Shown: positions 38,615-49,690, counted from the first letter of the stretch. The stretch is DNA of 64,000 bases from Methanobacteriota archaeon (GCA_029977605.1 JAPOKN010000001.1:28064-92063); one strand, 5' to 3'. Notes: generated by a model from the sequence alone, not told the origin. Program-made: numbers and translations.

Positions 38615-39786
38615 TATTTCATAGCCTCCATTAGTTTAGTATGGTTATCATGCACTTTCCCGTCTTCACCAATTAAAATCCCACCATAACCTGCTGAAAT
38701 TCCACCTTCATCTCCGGTGAGAACTTGTTCTTCTTGATTTATAGCTAACTTACCTTCGTCAACTAAAACAGTTACAAAGTTAGTAACGTTATTTGAATAA
38801 AGCATTGATGCAGTATTTGGAACGGTTCTACATAGCATAGGTATTCCTACAATTGTTACTCCATCTTTTTCAATTATTTCCCCTTCTTTACTTCCAACAA
38901 TATTACCACCAGTATCTGTATTCATGTCAACAATTACAGACCCTTCTTTCATTTCTTTAGTCATCTTATCATTGTTTTCTTTATCGAAGAAGAGTTTAGG
39001 TGCATCTGCACCGAATAATCTAGCAGTAGTAATTACAACATCAGCGTCTTTTACAGCATCCATTAAAGCATTATCGAATGCTTCTTGAAGGTCTTTATCA
39101 GTAAAAAGTGAAGCATGTCCACTTGAGCTTTCAGCGTCCTTCCAACCAGGTACGTCAATAAATTTAGCACCCAAACTTTCAGTGTCTTGCTTAGCAGCTA
39201 ATCTAACATCTATAGCTTGCACTGCAGCACCTAATCTTTTTGCAGTTGCTATCGCTTGAAGGCCAGCTACAGCAGCTCCTTGAATTATGAATTTTGCAGG
39301 CCTTACAGTTCCGGCGGAAGTCATCATCATAGGAACCATTTTCGCAATATTTTGAGATCCCATTAAAGCTGCTTTATATCCTGATAAATTATCTTGACTT
39401 GAGTTCACATCCATTGATTGACCTTTCGACAGTCTTCTTGGAATGACTTCCAGTGAGAGAAGAGTAATTCCAGAATCAATTATTTGTTTTGTTTGTTCTA
39501 GATTTCTAAAAGGATCAGCTATGCATGCTAACATTTGACCTTTTTCCATATTCTCAAAATTTGGAACATCAATTGCAGCAATTAATTCACATTTCATTAC
39601 TTCATCAAATGATTTAGTTTTTGCACCTTTTTCTTCGTATTCAGTATCAGAATATCCTGATTTCTCTCCAGCACCCTTTTCAATTACTACTTCAAAACCT
39701 AATTTCATTAATTTAGGTATTGAAACTGGTACAATAGCTACACGAGTTTCTTTCTCGTTGTTCTCTTTTGGTATTCCTATACGCAT
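38614..39786 (-). CDS. pntA: NAD(P) transhydrogenase subunit alpha, dI domain (alanine dehydrogenase-like)
   Basis: MRIGIPKE..., Rossmann motif IIQGAAVAGLQAIATAKRLGA. 390 aa. Confidence 0.85.
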   Translation of the reverse strand: MRIGIPKENNEKETRVAIVPVSIPKLMKLGFEVVIEKGAGEKSGYSDTEYEEKGAKTKSFDEVMKCELIAAIDVPNFENMEKGQMLACIADPFRNLEQTKQIIDSGITLLSLEVIPRRLSKGQSMDVNSSQDNLSGYKAALMGSQNIAKMVPMMMTSAGTVRPAKFIIQGAAVAGLQAIATAKRLGAAVQAIDVRLAAKQDTESLGAKFIDVPGWKDAESSSGHASLFTDKDLQEAFDNALMDAVKDADVVITTARLFGADAPKLFFDKENNDKMTKEMKEGSVIVDMNTDTGGNIVGSKEGEIIEKDGVTIVGIPMLCRTVPNTASMLYSNNVTNFVTVLVDEGKLAINQEEQVLTGDEGGISAGYGGILIGEDGKVHDNHTKLMEAMK

Positions 39787-39864
39787 TGTTTAGCACCGAT
39801 AATTTGTGTGTTGACTAAATAGTCTGTAAAGCATCTTGCAAACATACTCATAAAACTTTTCCTA

Positions 39865-41034
39865 TCACTTTCCAATTTCACGAGCAATTACTAATCGTTG
39901 AACTTCTTGAGTTCCTTCATAAATTTGAGTGATTTTCGCATCGCGGAAAAATCTTTCTACAGGGAAATCCTTTGTGTATCCATATCCGCCTAATACTTGT
40001 ACTGCTCTTTCTGAAACCCACATTGCAGTATCACCTGCACTGAGCTTTGCAATTGAAGCTTCAAGCGTATGGCGTGATGATCCATTTTCGTAATGTTCTT
40101 GTTTAGCCCATGCAGCTTTGTAAACTTGTAATCTTGCAGCATCGATTCTAACAGCCATATCTGCTAGATAATTACTTATCGATTGGTGAGCAGCTATAGG
40201 TTTACCGAAAGTTTCCCGTTCTTTTGAATATTTCAGTGCAGCTTCGTATGCCCCCTGTGCAATACCTAGTGCTTGAGCAGCTATACCTATTCTAGAATTA
40301 TCTAACGCATTCATTGCAATTGGAAAACCTTTACCTACATCTCCAAGTATGTTTGCTTTTGGGACTTTACATTCATTTAGAATTAATGTACATGTATCAC
40401 TTGAACGAATTCCTAATTTGTCTTCTTTCTTTCCAATTTCAAATCCTTCAAACCCTTTTTCAATTATAAAACAAGTCACACCTCCATGACTCTTTTTTCC
40501 GTAATCAGGGTGATTGGTCACTTTAGCAAATAGAACGAAAAGATCTGCAGTTGTTCCGTTAGTAACCCACATTTTTTCACCATTCAAAGTATAGTGTTCA
40601 CCATCATCTGTAGCTCTTGCTACCATTGCAGCAGCATCTGTGCCTGAACCGGCTTCGCTCAAAGAATATGCGCCTAAGAATTCTCCAGAGGCTAATTTTG
40701 GTAAATATTTTTCCTTTTGCTCTTCATTTCCACTCAATGCTATTGTCATAGAACAAAGTCCGACGTGGACGGCTACCATGACTCCTAAAGACGGATCCAC
40801 TCTTGACAATTCTTCGACAACAATTGCCTCTGAAATATCATCTAATTTCTGACCACCGTATTTTTCAGGTATGGTCATTCCTGCAAATCCTAGCTCTGCG
40901 AACTTTTTGAATTCCTCAATAGGTGCAATTTGTTCCTTATCTCTCTTGTTACAAGTAGGCCCAGCAACATCTTCAGCAAATTCACGTACCATTCCGCGAA
41001 TCATTTTTTGGTCTTCGGTTTCTGCAAAATCCAT
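39865..41034 (-). CDS. Acyl-CoA dehydrogenase
   Basis: 389 aa. GSGTDAA and ...QVLGGYGYTKDFPVERFFRDAKITQIYEGTQEVQ (catalytic Glu/C-terminal ACAD signature). Confidence 0.9.
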   Translation of the reverse strand: MDFAETEDQKMIRGMVREFAEDVAGPTCNKRDKEQIAPIEEFKKFAELGFAGMTIPEKYGGQKLDDISEAIVVEELSRVDPSLGVMVAVHVGLCSMTIALSGNEEQKEKYLPKLASGEFLGAYSLSEAGSGTDAAAMVARATDDGEHYTLNGEKMWVTNGTTADLFVLFAKVTNHPDYGKKSHGGVTCFIIEKGFEGFEIGKKEDKLGIRSSDTCTLILNECKVPKANILGDVGKGFPIAMNALDNSRIGIAAQALGIAQGAYEAALKYSKERETFGKPIAAHQSISNYLADMAVRIDAARLQVYKAAWAKQEHYENGSSRHTLEASIAKLSAGDTAMWVSERAVQVLGGYGYTKDFPVERFFRDAKITQIYEGTQEVQRLVIAREIGK

Positions 41035-41037
41035 TTT

Positions 41038-41397
41038 TTACTCACTCATCAATTTGATAATAGCTTCAGCAGGCTCTCCATTACATTCCTCTAAAGCTTC
41101 TTTTGCTTTCTCAGGAGAAACGCCAGCCTGTGCAGCTACTAAATCTATGTCTTCTTGGGGGATATTTGTAGTTTCCTCACTACTGCCTAGAGTGCGTTCT
41201 TCAGGTTCACCTACAATCTGATATGATTGTTGTCCCATCATATTCATTGCACTTACAGAAGGGTTGCTAAAGTACAATTCTTTATCTTTTGTTCGTATAA
41301 TTACTTCAGTAGCATCAATTTCTTCGGTAGCACTTTGTAATTGTTTTTGCAATTTTTTCATCATGCGGGGGTTCATACGCCCCATTCCTGGCATCAT
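41038..41397 (-). CDS. nac: Nascent polypeptide-associated complex alpha subunit
   Basis: N-terminal NAC domain (RMMKKLQKQL...IRTKDKELYFSNPSV) and C-terminal UBA domain (EDIDLVAAQAGVSPEKAKEALEECNGEPAEAI). Confidence 0.8.
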   Translation of the reverse strand: MMPGMGRMNPRMMKKLQKQLQSATEEIDATEVIIRTKDKELYFSNPSVSAMNMMGQQSYQIVGEPEERTLGSSEETTNIPQEDIDLVAAQAGVSPEKAKEALEECNGEPAEAIIKLMSE

Positions 41398-41428
41398 ATG
41401 ATGCTTACAAGCTACCCTCTAAAAGAAT

Positions 41429-42451
41429 TTATGTCATTTTATATCTAAGAATAACTGCAGTTCCTCCAAGTCCAATCAGCATTTCACCGCCGTGGTGGTG
41501 TGAGGAAACTTCTATGACATCTGTACGATTTTGCTGAGCTAATTCTAATAATTCCAAACCTTCTTTTTCTTTAGTCTTCTCAGATATTAGTAGAATGCTT
41601 TCTGCAGCCCCGCTCTCAACAGCATTTCGAACTTCGTTTTTACCGTAAGTACCCATTTCTTTTGCTATAGCTTCTTTAAGTTTCTCTACTGCAGCCATCT
41701 CTTCTTGAATTTTTATCTGAGCAACTGCGTTAGGTAAATCGCCTCTGCCTATTGCTTCATGAATACCAGCCATCCCTCCTTGACCAGAGTTTTCAATTAC
41801 GCAGCCCTTGAATATCTCACGCGCTCTAGATTTGCCTACTTCAGCAAAATCTTCTTTTAAAAATCCAGGTCCTATTATAACAATTACAGAATCCTTAATG
41901 TGAACTTTTACTATTTGCCTTACAGCTCTTTTGTAAAAATCATTAAGTTCTTCACCGCCGGTGGATTTTCCACTGCCTTCTCGACTAAGTGTTTTCAGTT
42001 CTCTTATGCCATATGTTCTTAATTCAGCAATTACAATCGAATCACTTTCAACAGCAATTGCTGTCGCAGTTACAATTGGTTCAGCGGCCTTTCTTAGTCT
42101 TTTTTTGTGATGATTTAGCCAAACTTCCTTTCTAACATCAAATGAATCGCCAGGTTCTAAGATTAAAGTGTGATGCAGTCCCTGATTATTTTCACCTAAA
42201 GAGATAATCCCATGACACCTAAAGCGTTGCCCAAAAGATTGATATTCAAGGTTCTTAACGTCAATAGTTAGTTTCATCTTTTGTTTTTTGCCCCTCTCCT
42301 TTTTGAGCCTATCAGATTGTGAGGATTCACGTCTTTCAGTTAGAGCTCTAACTTGATCTCCCTCATTAAGTAATAAATTCAAATGATACAAATCATCCTC
42401 ATTTTCTAAACGAATTTGGTAAACGTTACTATCACGTTTATTATATTTCAA
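41429..42451 (-). CDS. pelA: Pelota/Dom34 mRNA surveillance (ribosome rescue) factor
   Basis: 340 aa. Sm-like N-domain, central and eRF1-like C-domains. No GGQ motif, which argues against aRF1. Confidence 0.75.
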   Translation of the reverse strand: MKYNKRDSNVYQIRLENEDDLYHLNLLLNEGDQVRALTERRESSQSDRLKKERGKKQKMKLTIDVKNLEYQSFGQRFRCHGIISLGENNQGLHHTLILEPGDSFDVRKEVWLNHHKKRLRKAAEPIVTATAIAVESDSIVIAELRTYGIRELKTLSREGSGKSTGGEELNDFYKRAVRQIVKVHIKDSVIVIIGPGFLKEDFAEVGKSRAREIFKGCVIENSGQGGMAGIHEAIGRGDLPNAVAQIKIQEEMAAVEKLKEAIAKEMGTYGKNEVRNAVESGAAESILLISEKTKEKEGLELLELAQQNRTDVIEVSSHHHGGEMLIGLGGTAVILRYKMT

Positions 42452-42458
42452 AATAACC

Positions 42459-43409
42459 TCACAAGTAGACTACAATATCTAAATTTTTAGCTAATTCTTT
42501 GTAGCGATTCCTTATTGTTACTTCAGTAACTCCTACAGTATCTGCAATTGTTTTTTGTGTTTTTCTTTGGTCATGTACAACTGAAGCAATGTAAATGGCA
42601 GCAGCTGCAACTCCGGTTGGACCTCTTCCAGATGTTAGTTCAGCAGCAATTGCTTGATTTAGAATGCTTATTGCAGTATTTTCAACATCGCCGGGTAGTT
42701 CTAGTTCTCTACAAAAGCGAATTATGTAAACAGATGGAGATGCAGGCTGTAAATTTAATTTTAATTCTCTAGAAATATATCTGTAAGTTCTTCCAACTTC
42801 CTTTTTAGAAGCTCTAGAAGCTTCTGTAATTTCAGTTAATGTTCTTGGGACTTCACACCTTCTACATGCGCCGTAAAGTGCGGCGGCAGCAACACCTTCA
42901 ACAGACCGCCCTCTTACTAAGTTATCTTGCACAGCTCTCCGGTAAAGCATTGCAGCTTCTTCTCTGACCTGACGATGTAATCCTATTTTTGAAGCCAATC
43001 TGTTAAGTTCATTAAGAGCTTGGGCTAAGTTTCTATCTGCAGAATTTGATGCCCTAGTTCGGTTCTGCCATTTCCTCATTCTGTAAACTTGAGCTCTATT
43101 TTTAGTAGGAACATTATTTCCGTTAATATCTCGTCCACCCCAACCAATATCCGTTGAAAGGCCTTTATCGTGTACCATTACAGACATTGGAGCTCCACCT
43201 CTTGCTCTCCTTTCATTTTGCTCAGAATCGAAGGCTCTCCACTCAGGGCCTTGATCAATTACTTGGTCATCAACAACAAGTCCACAATTCCTACAGGTAA
43301 CTTCACCGCGCTTGTAATCGCGCACAATATGTTCCGAGTCACATTCTGGACATTCAGTCAATTCTTCAACATCAACTTCTTTGACATTTCCGGAAATATT
43401 CATATTCAT
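42459..43409 (-). CDS. tfb: Transcription initiation factor TFB (TFIIB)
   Basis: Zn-ribbon [10 protein letters not shown]...CRNCGLV, B-finger/linker, and two cyclin-fold repeats ([34 protein letters not shown]). Start placed at the internal MNMN Met. The listed ORF extends to 43487. Confidence 0.88.
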   Translation of the reverse strand: MNMNISGNVKEVDVEELTECPECDSEHIVRDYKRGEVTCRNCGLVVDDQVIDQGPEWRAFDSEQNERRARGGAPMSVMVHDKGLSTDIGWGGRDINGNNVPTKNRAQVYRMRKWQNRTRASNSADRNLAQALNELNRLASKIGLHRQVREEAAMLYRRAVQDNLVRGRSVEGVAAAALYGACRRCEVPRTLTEITEASRASKKEVGRTYRYISRELKLNLQPASPSVYIIRFCRELELPGDVENTAISILNQAIAAELTSGRGPTGVAAAAIYIASVVHDQRKTQKTIADTVGVTEVTIRNRYKELAKNLDIVVYL

Positions 43410-43506
43410 ATTGGAAGAGAATTTTGTCAATATAAGCTTTGGGCCATTGCCTTTAAATTCCCCATTTTGAAAGAAGGTGGAACACAAAATATAGATAACC
43501 TATTTT

Positions 43507-44679
43507 ATGAACCTTGTATCAAGTGAATTGATGCGAAGGGTAAGGGATTCTATTCACGATTACATTGATTTAGATGAATTAGAGTCCTCTTTAGTTGATA
43601 CTGAACCATATCAAAGATTGCGCTGGATAAAGCAATTAGGTTCAGCAAATTTAGTTTACCCTGGAGCAAACCATACCAGACTCGAACATAGTATAGGCGT
43701 TAGCCATCTAGTTAAACAAATGGCTAGCCAATCTGATGTTCCTGAAGATGAAATACCATTAGTTTCAATCGCAGGGTTACTTCATGATTTAGGCCATTCT
43801 CCATACTCGCACTTAGCTGATGAGTTGCCATTTGGTAAAGATCATGTAGAAGTTACTCAGGATATTATTAATTCTAGTCAAATATCAGATATACTAAGCA
43901 ATAAAGGATTAGACGTAAACGAAGTTTGCAATCTAATCAAAGGAGATCACAAGTACGGCTCACTAATTTCTGGAGATATTGATGGCGATCGTCTTGATTA
44001 TCTTATGAGAGATTCACATTATACGGGTGTCAAAACAGGAGTAGACACTGGAAGATTAGTTACAAAGATGTCAATTGCAGATAATGAGCTAGTAATTGGA
44101 GAAAGTGGTTTGCCAGTAGTTGAAACTTTCTTAACTTCTCGTTCAATTATGTTTCCAACGGTCTATTTCCATCCATTTTCACGAGGGGCTGAATTAATGT
44201 TGGCAAGGGCAACTACAGCCGCAATTGATAATGATATTTTTACATATGATTCGTTTGTTGGTTTCACAGATCATAAATTTTTATCGGAGTTAAATTTGGC
44301 AGGCGGATTGTCGCAAAAGTTAGTTAATGATTTTGAAAAAAGGAACATAATAAAGAGGGTAGTTAGTATTACAAAAGATAAAACTGAAGAAATGGGAATT
44401 TCTAAATCAGATGTTGAAGATCTAGAATTATCAATTGCTCAAAAACTTGATATAGATCAATCAGAAATATTTATGGATTTACCGCCTTTTAAAGTAGTAC
44501 CAGCTATGAAAGTTAAAATTCTTAAAGAGGATGGAACTCTAGATTATGCAAGTAATATGTCTACTATAACAAAAAGCCTATACGAAGCTCAGTTTGATCA
44601 TTGGAGGTGTCGGATATATGCACCTTCTAAACTATCTAATCAAGCCTCAAAAATTGCAGGTCGAGAATTAGGAATTTAA
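43507..44679 (+). CDS. HD-domain phosphohydrolase (COG1078, dGTPase/SAMHD1-like)
   Basis: HTRLEHSIGVSHL, LLHDLGHSPYSH and GDIDGDRLDYLMRDSHYTGV are the HD...D motifs of the dNTP triphosphohydrolase family. Confidence 0.8.
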   Translation: MNLVSSELMRRVRDSIHDYIDLDELESSLVDTEPYQRLRWIKQLGSANLVYPGANHTRLEHSIGVSHLVKQMASQSDVPEDEIPLVSIAGLLHDLGHSPYSHLADELPFGKDHVEVTQDIINSSQISDILSNKGLDVNEVCNLIKGDHKYGSLISGDIDGDRLDYLMRDSHYTGVKTGVDTGRLVTKMSIADNELVIGESGLPVVETFLTSRSIMFPTVYFHPFSRGAELMLARATTAAIDNDIFTYDSFVGFTDHKFLSELNLAGGLSQKLVNDFEKRNIIKRVVSITKDKTEEMGISKSDVEDLELSIAQKLDIDQSEIFMDLPPFKVVPAMKVKILKEDGTLDYASNMSTITKSLYEAQFDHWRCRIYAPSKLSNQASKIAGRELGI

Positions 44680-46260
44680 ATGTCTAAATCAATACAAAAA
44701 TTCATCGAAGGTCTAAATTGGAAAGTAGAAGACAGCAAATGGGATGGCAACGCCCATTTATTTTTCGTTAAAGAACCAGATAATTTGGAAGATAAATTTG
44801 AGGAGTTACGTTTAGCTCTAAAGGTGGCTACTACTTTTGGTGCAGGCCGTCTCTTCCCAATGCTAAGGAGAACAGGAAATGAATTGATTTTAGTTATTCT
44901 TCCTCAACCTTCATTTGATTATTATGAAAGTAGAATTAATTTGTATTTACTGTTAGCAACTTTTTTTACTACTACTTGGGCCGGCGCTATGTGGTGGGCC
45001 TCGTACGATGATTCTTCAATAATTGAGATGAACTGGTGGTGGCTTAGAATACTCATAAGTCCACAAATATTCTTTATGGGATTTCTTACTTTTTCTTTAC
45101 CTTTAATGTTAATTCTTGGCGCTCACGAAATGGGTCATTACTACTATGCTAAGAAGCATAATCTTGATGCTTCCTTACCGTTCTTTTTACCCATGCCTCC
45201 AATGATATTTCCATTTGGAACAATGGGCGCTTTTATTTCAATAAGAGAGCCAATACCAAATCGAAAGGCTCTTCTAGATGTTGGTGCAAGTGGGCCGATT
45301 GCAGGACTTTTAGTCGCTATACCTGTAACTCTTCTCGGTTTTTGGTTGACTGAATTTTATGCGCGAACTGTTCCAGTAGATTCAGGAGATTCGCTATTTT
45401 TAGGGTCATCTTTTTTCTTTGAATTACTTTTTTCGATTTCTGAAAACTTAAATCCTTCATCTGGAGACTATCTATCTCATCCAGTTGTTCTTGCAGGATG
45501 GACAGGATTTTTTGTAACCGCATTGAATTTGATGCCGGCCGGGCAGCTAGACGGTGGTCATATTGCACGTTCATTGCTTGGTCCTAAAGCAAATATTTTA
45601 TCTTTTGTAGTAATAATTTCTTTAATTTTTATGACATTTTATGGTATTCCTGGTTTTGGTCCTCCGTATATGGGATGGGCGATTTATGCACTTTTAATTT
45701 ATTTTTTAGGAACGTACCATCCTCCACCTTCAGAAGAACTATCATCATTAGGTTCTCCTAGAATAGCAGTAGGATTGGTTACGGGTTTAATTTTGTTTAC
45801 AACTTTCACACCTTCACCCATTTTTACAGTAGATTCGCCTTTTTCTTTGGACATTGATTCAGACGAGAATAATTTTTATCAATACTCGGGTGAAACTAAT
45901 GTAACGTCAATTAGAATTTTAAATAGTGGTCAAGAAGACGGATGGGAAAATCTTTCTTTAAGTTTTAACAATAACATAGATAATGCAACTATCTCTATAG
46001 TTGTAGATTTCATTAACCTCTCTTCCGAACCTCAAACTATAAATGAAACATCAGATAATTTTAATCAATATGTTTTCTACGATTCAGAAACTAATTCTAC
46101 GCATTTGAATCTATCATCCGGAGATTCAGCTAATTTGACATTAACAATTACAACCTTAGACAATTCAACATTTGAGGACTCAAGCTTTGTATTAAGCGTA
46201 AAAAGTCGAACAGAAGATGTTTATAGTTCAACCTTTCATTTGTATAATAGAGATAAGTAA
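44680..46260 (+). CDS. Site-2 protease family (M50) membrane metalloprotease with C-terminal extracytoplasmic domain
   Basis: HEMGHYYYA HExxH motif inside a TM helix. The second zinc ligand LDGGH (NxxPxxxLDGG). The C-terminal 150 aa are Asn/Ser/Thr-rich. Confidence 0.8.
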   Translation: MSKSIQKFIEGLNWKVEDSKWDGNAHLFFVKEPDNLEDKFEELRLALKVATTFGAGRLFPMLRRTGNELILVILPQPSFDYYESRINLYLLLATFFTTTWAGAMWWASYDDSSIIEMNWWWLRILISPQIFFMGFLTFSLPLMLILGAHEMGHYYYAKKHNLDASLPFFLPMPPMIFPFGTMGAFISIREPIPNRKALLDVGASGPIAGLLVAIPVTLLGFWLTEFYARTVPVDSGDSLFLGSSFFFELLFSISENLNPSSGDYLSHPVVLAGWTGFFVTALNLMPAGQLDGGHIARSLLGPKANILSFVVIISLIFMTFYGIPGFGPPYMGWAIYALLIYFLGTYHPPPSEELSSLGSPRIAVGLVTGLILFTTFTPSPIFTVDSPFSLDIDSDENNFYQYSGETNVTSIRILNSGQEDGWENLSLSFNNNIDNATISIVVDFINLSSEPQTINETSDNFNQYVFYDSETNSTHLNLSSGDSANLTLTITTLDNSTFEDSSFVLSVKSRTEDVYSSTFHLYNRDK

Positions 46261-46262
46261 TA

Positions 46263-47480
46263 ATGTCAGTTTTCGAAGGTAAAGCATGGATTTCCAAACA
46301 GGGGCTAGTGGATGTTTCTATTGAAGTAGAAAATGGTTATATTTCTTCTGTTAAAAAGACAAGTTTGGAACCAAAAAAAGAGAAAGCAGGGGGTTTAATT
46401 TTACCAGCAGCTTTTGACATGCATGTTCATTTCAGAGATCCAGGCTATCCACATAAGGAAGACTGGAAAACGGGTTCTGAATCTGCGGCTTGTGGTGGAG
46501 TTACCGCAGTTGTAGATATGCCAAATACTAATCCATTTACCTCTGATATATCCTCATTCAGAGATAAAGAACAAATTGCTAAAAGCAAATCAATTGTAGA
46601 TTTTGGAATAGGAATTAATGTTGAAGAAAATTTAACCGAGCAAGACTGGTTTAGTACAGTTCCTGCAGCTTTTTGGAAATTATATCCTTATGGTATCTCT
46701 TCAGATGATTATTTTAGATTAGCTAAGGAAGTTTTAGAAAAAACAAAAAAGCCAATGGTGGTGCACTGTGAACATCCAGATTATATGTACAATAATCCGC
46801 TTGAAAAATTATCAGATCACACTGAAAACCGTCTGGTTGCTGAAGAGCAATGTCTTGCATCAATGCCTTCGTCTGAATATTTGCATGTCGCACATCTTTC
46901 AACTGCCAATGGATTGAAAAATCTTCCAAATCTATCCTCAACAGAGGTTTGTCCACATCACTTATTATTAAATTTAGATAATTGCAGTTCATTAGATTGT
47001 AAGGTAGATCCTCCTTTGCGTAATGTTTCTGACAATATTAGTCTTTATGACGCTTACAGAAGTGGCAAAATACCTATTTTAGCAAGTGATCATGCCCCAC
47101 ATACAATTGAAGAAAAGAAATCAGATACTCCGCCTTCTGGTATGCCTGGAGTAGAAACTATGGTGCCTTTAATGTTACAAGAAGTTGTTGAAAAAAGGTT
47201 AGACTTGAGCCGGTTGGTAAATAGTATGTCTGAAGCGCCAGCAGACCGTCTTGGTCTTAATAGAGGACGTATCGAAGTTGGGCAACCTGCAGATTTTATG
47301 TTCGTTGACCTCAATCGTTCTACAAATATTGACGTTGATAACTTACATTCAAGATCAAACTGGTCTCCGTTTGAAGACTGGCAAGCAATATTCCCTCACA
47401 AAGTATTTAGGAGGGGAGAATTAATTTCTGAAAATTCAGAAGTAGTTTCTAACAGCGGAGGAATAAATCTTTTTGACTAG
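46263..47480 (+). CDS. pyrC: Dihydroorotase
   Basis: LPAAFDMHVHFRDPG (HxH metal site), VTAVVDMPNT, and the downstream H/D ligands. 405 aa, class I amidohydrolase. Confidence 0.8.
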   Translation: MSVFEGKAWISKQGLVDVSIEVENGYISSVKKTSLEPKKEKAGGLILPAAFDMHVHFRDPGYPHKEDWKTGSESAACGGVTAVVDMPNTNPFTSDISSFRDKEQIAKSKSIVDFGIGINVEENLTEQDWFSTVPAAFWKLYPYGISSDDYFRLAKEVLEKTKKPMVVHCEHPDYMYNNPLEKLSDHTENRLVAEEQCLASMPSSEYLHVAHLSTANGLKNLPNLSSTEVCPHHLLLNLDNCSSLDCKVDPPLRNVSDNISLYDAYRSGKIPILASDHAPHTIEEKKSDTPPSGMPGVETMVPLMLQEVVEKRLDLSRLVNSMSEAPADRLGLNRGRIEVGQPADFMFVDLNRSTNIDVDNLHSRSNWSPFEDWQAIFPHKVFRRGELISENSEVVSNSGGINLFD

Positions 47481-47525
47481 TATTTTTCTAACGAAACTTT
47501 AATACTGTCAAGATTTTAATTAGAT

Positions 47526-49673
47526 ATGATGAAAAGCATAGGTTATTCATTAATTTTGCTTAGTTTTGCAATATTATTGATTTCAGTCCCAGCAGACGCT
47601 GAGAAATATGGTAATACCGAATTTTTCTTGGCTAAATCAGGAATTGGTGATATTTATGACTTGACTATCGATGAGCCTTCTGAAGCTACACCGAAGTATT
47701 GGAAATGTCGTGATGATCCAAATCAAGCCAATACATTCTATCCACTGGTTTCTTGGGAGACTAATATGGGTGGTCCATTAGAATTAGGTGACTCTTACAG
47801 CTATAGTTTTTGGGTAGAATCAACAAATGTTCAAGAAATTAGTTTTAAGACGACTTTATACATCCGAACTCAAGATGGCTTCAATAATTTATCAGTGGAT
47901 GAGGTAACTAAGACTTCGGGTTTTGGATCATTCTTATCTGAGAATTACACACTTGATTTGGAATCCTCCGATCTTGATAAAAGTTTATTTCCAGATGGAG
48001 TTCCAGCTTACACCACTTTAGGAATTAAATTGGAAACAAGCGTTACCTGGGCTCCAGATACTGAAAATCGAACAGTATGGGTTAAAGCAGCACAATCTGA
48101 TTTTCTTTCGTCTTTCATATTAGATTTTAAACACGTTAATATTGAAAGTGATGATTACTACTTTGATAACGACAGAGTTGAAGCCATAGATGAAGATTCA
48201 TTATTTATCAAAGTTAACGTGACTAATGCATTAGGTGCAGATAATTTTGATATTTCATCAGCAGAGATAATGGTTGATGGAATTAGTGGTGGAGGAAAAT
48301 TTAAGGATACAATACAATTAAAGGATAAACACACTTATGCTAAATATATTCAGGGGAAATGGTGGTATCAAGAGGATAATGGTATTACTTCTGGCAATTA
48401 TGTAATTAAGTTTTCATTGAAGGATAATTTCGGTAATACCTGGACATCATCTATGACGTATTATTTGGAAGTGGATCAGTATGGCCTAGAAATTGGGTTT
48501 GACGAAGGCAGTAGTTCAAACGGACAATTACCTAAAGGCGGAAAGACAGATTATTCATTTAAGATATTGAACACAGGTAATACTAGAGATATTTTTATGA
48601 TAACTATTGATGACTCAGATGTTCCTTCAGGCTGGGAAGTTAGTCTTCAATCTGATTCATCTGTTAATCTTCAAATGGATCAATCATCTTATGTTCAAAT
48701 TAGAGTAGAGGCTCCAGTTTCAGCAAAAGGAGGTTCATCTGAGAGAGTAACAATTACAGTAACCTCTTCAGGCAATGATGATATCTTTGAAGATGTTAGT
48801 TTAGTCACCACAGTAAGAACATATGGAGTAGCCTTCCTATCAGTTCCGGATAGAATTAATATAGATCCCGAAGAATTGGACATAGATGGATATTATAAAT
48901 TTAAAATAAATTTAAGGAATACAGGCAGTGATAAGGATACATTTGATTTAGGAGTAACAACTTCGAGGAGCGATTGGACAATACGTGCCGAAGTACAGGG
49001 AAATGATATTTCTGCAGTTACAATCGATAAATCTCAATCTGTCGCAGTAGACATTGTTGTTAGACCCGTCAACTATGAAGATAGTTTAGGTGAAGAAGTC
49101 ACATTCTTAATGACTGCAGATTCAATTTCTCCGGGAGACGGTTCAGCCACAGTCAACTCAAAAATTATAGTGGATGTTCCTGTAGAGAAAATATCGGACT
49201 TATCAGTAAGTCTAGATGATGTATTAATAAATAACAAACCAATTGCAATTTTACAACCGTCAGACCTCCAAGAAGGCATGCCAATAGTAATTCAATTGAC
49301 AGTTAACAATAATGGAGGAAAAAGTACAGGTATTTTTGGAGTAACACTTTACGAGGGCTCTAGAATTGTTGATGAGTTTGTTGTTGAGCAAGGGATAGGT
49401 GGTTTTGGTTCGGCACCAGTTATTCTAAACTGGGAAACTCCGTCAGAAGGTTTGAAGACCCTCAAAGTATATGTGGATTTTAAGCAGCAAACAGATGAAT
49501 CAAATAGTAAAAGGGCAGATAACACTTTGACTTTGCCACTTACAATAAGTGAGAAGAGCACTTCATCATCAAATAGTGAAAATACTGACGACGCTTTACT
49601 TTTCGGCCCTAATTTTTCATTAACGCTTGGTGTTTTATTATTTATTTCAATTATTTACAGACGTAAAAAATAG
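47526..49673 (+). CDS. Large secreted cell-surface protein with C-terminal membrane anchor
   Basis: N-terminal signal peptide MMKSIGYSLILLSFAILLISVPADA, about 650 aa of beta-rich Asn/Ser/Thr/Asp-rich sequence, and a C-terminal LLFGPNFSLTLGVLLFISIIYRRKK (PGF-CTERM-like TM plus basic tail). Confidence 0.55.
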   Translation: MMKSIGYSLILLSFAILLISVPADAEKYGNTEFFLAKSGIGDIYDLTIDEPSEATPKYWKCRDDPNQANTFYPLVSWETNMGGPLELGDSYSYSFWVESTNVQEISFKTTLYIRTQDGFNNLSVDEVTKTSGFGSFLSENYTLDLESSDLDKSLFPDGVPAYTTLGIKLETSVTWAPDTENRTVWVKAAQSDFLSSFILDFKHVNIESDDYYFDNDRVEAIDEDSLFIKVNVTNALGADNFDISSAEIMVDGISGGGKFKDTIQLKDKHTYAKYIQGKWWYQEDNGITSGNYVIKFSLKDNFGNTWTSSMTYYLEVDQYGLEIGFDEGSSSNGQLPKGGKTDYSFKILNTGNTRDIFMITIDDSDVPSGWEVSLQSDSSVNLQMDQSSYVQIRVEAPVSAKGGSSERVTITVTSSGNDDIFEDVSLVTTVRTYGVAFLSVPDRINIDPEELDIDGYYKFKINLRNTGSDKDTFDLGVTTSRSDWTIRAEVQGNDISAVTIDKSQSVAVDIVVRPVNYEDSLGEEVTFLMTADSISPGDGSATVNSKIIVDVPVEKISDLSVSLDDVLINNKPIAILQPSDLQEGMPIVIQLTVNNNGGKSTGIFGVTLYEGSRIVDEFVVEQGIGGFGSAPVILNWETPSEGLKTLKVYVDFKQQTDESNSKRADNTLTLPLTISEKSTSSSNSENTDDALLFGPNFSLTLGVLLFISIIYRRKK

Positions 49674-49690
49674 ATTTTTTGATTTAACAA

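Noticed and set aside
42459-43487. N-terminal 26-aa extension of TFB ([15 protein letters not shown]...).
   Set aside because: TFB proteins begin shortly before the zinc ribbon. The internal Met (MNMNISGN...) 15 residues before CPECDSE gives a canonical length, and the extension has no conserved features.
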